64,000 bases of DNA. It comes from an uncultured delta proteobacterium. GTDB lineage: Bacteria > Desulfobacterota > Syntrophia > Syntrophales > UBA2192. The notes under the pieces were generated by a model, which ran no database searches, had not been told where the DNA came from, and worked only from the letters and a program-made list of their open reading frames with translations. Location: NCBI GenBank assembly GCA_963705165.1, contig CAVPJD010000002.1, positions 1 through 64,000 of the forward strand, written 5' to 3'. The translations under genes and the position numbers were made by a program. Positions 60,810 through 64,000 of the stretch are shown here, piece after piece. The stretch's first letter is position 1; each line of letters opens with the position of its first letter.

Positions 60810-62408
60810 ATGCAACGCTTTACCGATTTATATTTCACCCTCGACGAGACGACGAAGACTGCGGAAAAGGTCGCGGCGCTGAAGCGCTACTTTGCCGAGG
60901 CGCCGCCCGACGATGCGGCCTGGGCGCTCTGCTTTCTTATCGGCGACAAGATCAAGCGCACTGTCCCCTCGGTAAAACTCAAAGAATGGGCCTCCTCGGA
61001 GGCGGGCGTCCCGGACTGGTTATTCGACGAATGCTACGAGACCGTGGGTGATCTGGCCGAGACGATCGCGCTGCTGCTCCCGACGGCCGACGGGGCGTCG
61101 AGCCCCCTGGGGCTGCGGGCAATGGTGGAGGAGAGGCTTGCGCCGCTGCAGGATGACGATGAGACATCCCTCAGGAACTCCGTTCTCGGCATCTGGCGGG
61201 AGATGGACGACAGGCAGCGGCTTGTCTGGAACAAGATGCTCACGGGAGAGTTTCGCGTCAGCATCTCGCGGCAGACGATCATCCGGGCACTCGGCGAGCT
61301 CGCCGGCCTGGAATCCACCGTCATCTCGCACCGGCTCATGAGTGCCTGGGAGCCCACAGGAGTGTTCTTCCGCTGGCTCCTCTCGCCGGACCGCGGCGAG
61401 GCGGATGTGAGCCGCCCTTTCCCGCTCCAGCTCGCCTTCGAGCTCGACGCGATGCCCGAGAACCTCGGAGACAGGCGCCAGTGGTGCGCCGAATGGAAAC
61501 GGGACGGGATCCGGGCACAGGTCGTCAAACGTGGCGGGATGGCCTTCATCTGGTCCCGGGCTGGGGAGCTGCTTGGACGGACATTCCCCGAGCTTGCGGT
61601 CGCAGCGGCAACCCTGCCGGACGGCACGGTCATCGACGGGGAGATCCTCCCCTGGAAGGGCGGAAGCCCCCTGCCCTTCAGCCTGCTGCAGAAACGGATC
61701 GGGCGCCAGTCCCCGACTCGAAAGGTCCTCGAGGAGATTCCCGTGATCTTCATGGCCTTCGACCTTCTCGAGTCGCAGGAAAAGGACATACGGACGGAGC
61801 CCCAGCAAAATCGGCGGGCCGAACTGGAGAGGGTTTTCGGACAACGCGACTTTGAGGGACGGTTCCGTCTGTCGGAGATCCTGAAAGATGCAACCTGGGA
61901 GGATCTGACGGCGAGGCGCCGGGAGTGTCGCGCCGTACAAGCCGAGGGGCTCATGCTGAAGCACCTCGATTCGCCCTACGTGGCGGGGCGCCACCGGGGC
62001 AGCTGGTGGAAGTGGAAGATCGAGCCTCACACGATCGACGCGATCCTCATCTACGCCCGGCCCGGACAGGCTGGACGGGAAAACCTTTTTACCGACTACA
62101 CCTTCGGCGTGTGGCGCCGGGGCGACCTCGTTCCCGTGGCCAGGGCCAGCTCGGGGCTCACCGATGACGAAATCGGGCGCATCGACGCCTTCATCCGCCA
62201 GAACACGACCGAGAAATTCGGACCCGTGCGCTCCGTGAGTCCGCAGCTCGTCTTCGAAATCGCCTTCGAAGGCATCGAGACGTCCGCGCGACACAAATCG
62301 GGCCTGACCCTCCGCTCGCCCCGCATCGTAAAGTGGAAGGACAAGCCGCCCGAGGAGGCCGACACGCTGGAGGCACTCAAAATGCTGCTGCGAACGCACA
62401 GCGGATAA
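60810..62408 (+). CDS. ATP-dependent DNA ligase
   Basis: VGDLAETIA, motif I EWKRDGIR, IDGEI, AFDLL, EGLMLK, WWKWK, TDYTF. Confidence 0.94.
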   Translation: MQRFTDLYFTLDETTKTAEKVAALKRYFAEAPPDDAAWALCFLIGDKIKRTVPSVKLKEWASSEAGVPDWLFDECYETVGDLAETIALLLPTADGASSPLGLRAMVEERLAPLQDDDETSLRNSVLGIWREMDDRQRLVWNKMLTGEFRVSISRQTIIRALGELAGLESTVISHRLMSAWEPTGVFFRWLLSPDRGEADVSRPFPLQLAFELDAMPENLGDRRQWCAEWKRDGIRAQVVKRGGMAFIWSRAGELLGRTFPELAVAAATLPDGTVIDGEILPWKGGSPLPFSLLQKRIGRQSPTRKVLEEIPVIFMAFDLLESQEKDIRTEPQQNRRAELERVFGQRDFEGRFRLSEILKDATWEDLTARRRECRAVQAEGLMLKHLDSPYVAGRHRGSWWKWKIEPHTIDAILIYARPGQAGRENLFTDYTFGVWRRGDLVPVARASSGLTDDEIGRIDAFIRQNTTEKFGPVRSVSPQLVFEIAFEGIETSARHKSGLTLRSPRIVKWKDKPPEEADTLEALKMLLRTHSG

Positions 62409-62797
62409 ATTCCGATTCAATGGTTGCTTTACGATCAGTGCTCTGTCAAGGCGCGTCTTACCTGCACGCCATGCAGGATCTTCGTCCCGAAGCTGCATTG
62501 TTTGTAGGCTCCCTGATCGCCCCTATCTCTATTTCCTCGGCAATGTTTCTTGGTTAAGTGTCTTTTTTCATCACTTTTTCAGAACAAAAATACGAAGAAA
62601 GTATTAATCTTTGCATTTGTACAATGATAGCGTCAACTTACACAGAGAATCGTGACGAATGACATTAAATAATCTCTTGATTTTTCTACGAATTCAGGAA
62701 AAATAGAGGCGTATTTTTTGCATGTAGATCATAGTGAAATTGCGGTCAAGTGATTGGCTGTGACAATTCATAACAAATCGTTTTTTCATGAGGATAC

Positions 62798-64000
62798 ATG
62801 GTGCCTGTGCGCGAACAACCGGAAAAAATAGACGCTAAATTTGTCAAAGGGTTCATCCGTAGGCGGAAAAAGATATTCATTGCCGTTTCATCACTTATAT
62901 TCATCGGAACGATCGCAGTGGCATTTTTAACGCCTAAGGTCTATGTATCCAGTGCTACGATCCTGATTGAGGGACAGATAGCCGGCGAACTTTTGAAAAG
63001 CGTTTCCATGGGGTTCGTCGAAGAGCGACTGCAGGTGATCACCCAGCAGATATTGACGCGGGACAAGTTGCTTCAGATTTCCAAGAAACTCAATCTGATA
63101 CCAAATCCCGAAGATCCAAGTACCGTTGAACATGCTTTAATTAACATACGTAAGAATATAGAACTGAAAACGATCAAATCCGGAGATATCGATCCCCGAT
63201 CATATAATCCCAGCCAGACAGTTGCCTTCAGACTCTCTTACTCATCAGATGATCCCTCGACGGCGCATAAAGTTGCAACAGAGCTCTCTTCTCTATATGT
63301 TGAAAAAAATCTTCAAAGAAGGGAGCAAATCACCAAGCAAACCACGGCTGTTTTACAGGAAAAACTCAGTCAGCTGCAACAGCAGACGAGTGCTAGTGAG
63401 AAACGCCTCAACGAATTTAGAAGAGCTCACGCGGGGGAATTTCCCGAGAACATGTCATTCAACCTCGAGCAGATCCATCGCCTCAATACACAACTTGACG
63501 AAGTCAACGCGAAAATAAAACAGCTGGAAGACATGAAGGCCGGATCCTCTGGACAGCAGCCGACTTCAAGAACTCCTGCAGGTGTTGCATCAGGCGAGCA
63601 GGCGACTACCGATCCGATGGTTCGTTTGACGCAATTGCGTGCACAACTGTTGAGTCTGCAATCCCGATATTCAGACAAACATCCTGATGTGAAAAAGACA
63701 CAAAATGAAATTCAGAGACTTGAACGACAGTTGGGAGTATCCGACGATTTAGGCAACAAAGAGAGAGAATTGGAGAGCCTCAAAAACCGGCAGGCCGAGC
63801 TGAAAAAGAACGCCGGGCCTGATGACGCTGAAGTGAAGAGACTTGCAGAAGAAATAACCGTTTTATCCCGGCAAATAGAGGAACAAAAAAGAAATCTGCG
63901 CAGGACAAGCTCGACTTCTGTAGACAACGAACTAAACAAACAGATGAAAAAAAGGGATGATCTGCAAATCAGAATCAATGAATATAACAGAAAAAGTCAG
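62798..64000 (+). CDS. Polysaccharide chain-length determinant (Wzz/Wzc/GumC-like), truncated by the window end
   Basis: Not in the ORF track because it has no stop in the window. MVPVREQ...RRRKKIF, TM segment, PKVYVSSATILIE, EERLQVITQQILTR, YSDKHPDV, long coiled coils. Low GC. Confidence 0.85.
   Translation, partial: MVPVREQPEKIDAKFVKGFIRRRKKIFIAVSSLIFIGTIAVAFLTPKVYVSSATILIEGQIAGELLKSVSMGFVEERLQVITQQILTRDKLLQISKKLNLIPNPEDPSTVEHALINIRKNIELKTIKSGDIDPRSYNPSQTVAFRLSYSSDDPSTAHKVATELSSLYVEKNLQRREQITKQTTAVLQEKLSQLQQQTSASEKRLNEFRRAHAGEFPENMSFNLEQIHRLNTQLDEVNAKIKQLEDMKAGSSGQQPTSRTPAGVASGEQATTDPMVRLTQLRAQLLSLQSRYSDKHPDVKKTQNEIQRLERQLGVSDDLGNKERELESLKNRQAELKKNAGPDDAEVKRLAEEITVLSRQIEEQKRNLRRTSSTSVDNELNKQMKKRDDLQIRINEYNRKSQ

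Noticed and set aside
61491..61512. Ligase motif I reads KRDG rather than KWDG
   Set aside because: The catalytic Lys and KxDG spacing are intact, so there is no evidence of inactivation.

Overview
GC-rich bacterial chromosomal window, probably from an anaerobic Desulfobacterota/Syntrophales-type organism (inferred from gene content, not proven). Most of it is housekeeping and metabolic: GAF-PilB/GspE ATPase, mutS, aconitase, icd, rlmN, bamD, trxA, paaK, mobA, a fixCX-acyl-CoA dehydrogenase-etfBA module, coaE, a Gld-like ABC system, cydAB, an ABC-F ATPase, a cold-shock protein, an exonuclease/ATP-dependent ligase pair, and the start of a low-GC polysaccharide locus. The standout is a minus-strand cassette of about 10.7 kb (25470-36214) resembling the SynChlorMet radical-SAM RiPP cassette. 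It encodes a PqqD/RRE protein, two radical SAM/SPASM enzymes, an HPr-kinase-like protein, an S26 peptidase, an ABC exporter, GT2 and GT-C-like glycosyltransferases and a nucleotidyltransferase. Within it is a 138-aa ORF with a lasso-type YxxPxL leader, 15 Cys and nine CxxG repeats, which is a strong candidate for the precursor peptide. Other highlights: a HesB/IscA-like selenoprotein missed by the ORF track (in-frame TGA plus SECIS-like hairpin), a candidate structured sRNA with two anti-Shine-Dalgarno loops, a RAYT transposase flanked by GTAG REPs and half-REPs, two vapBC modules with visible operators, a radical SAM gene that appears to start at ATC, and pervasive 7-9-mer intergenic tandem repeats that have invaded gene ends. 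Several genes carry +1 frameshifts that may be assembly errors. All assignments come from motif recognition; no database searches were run.
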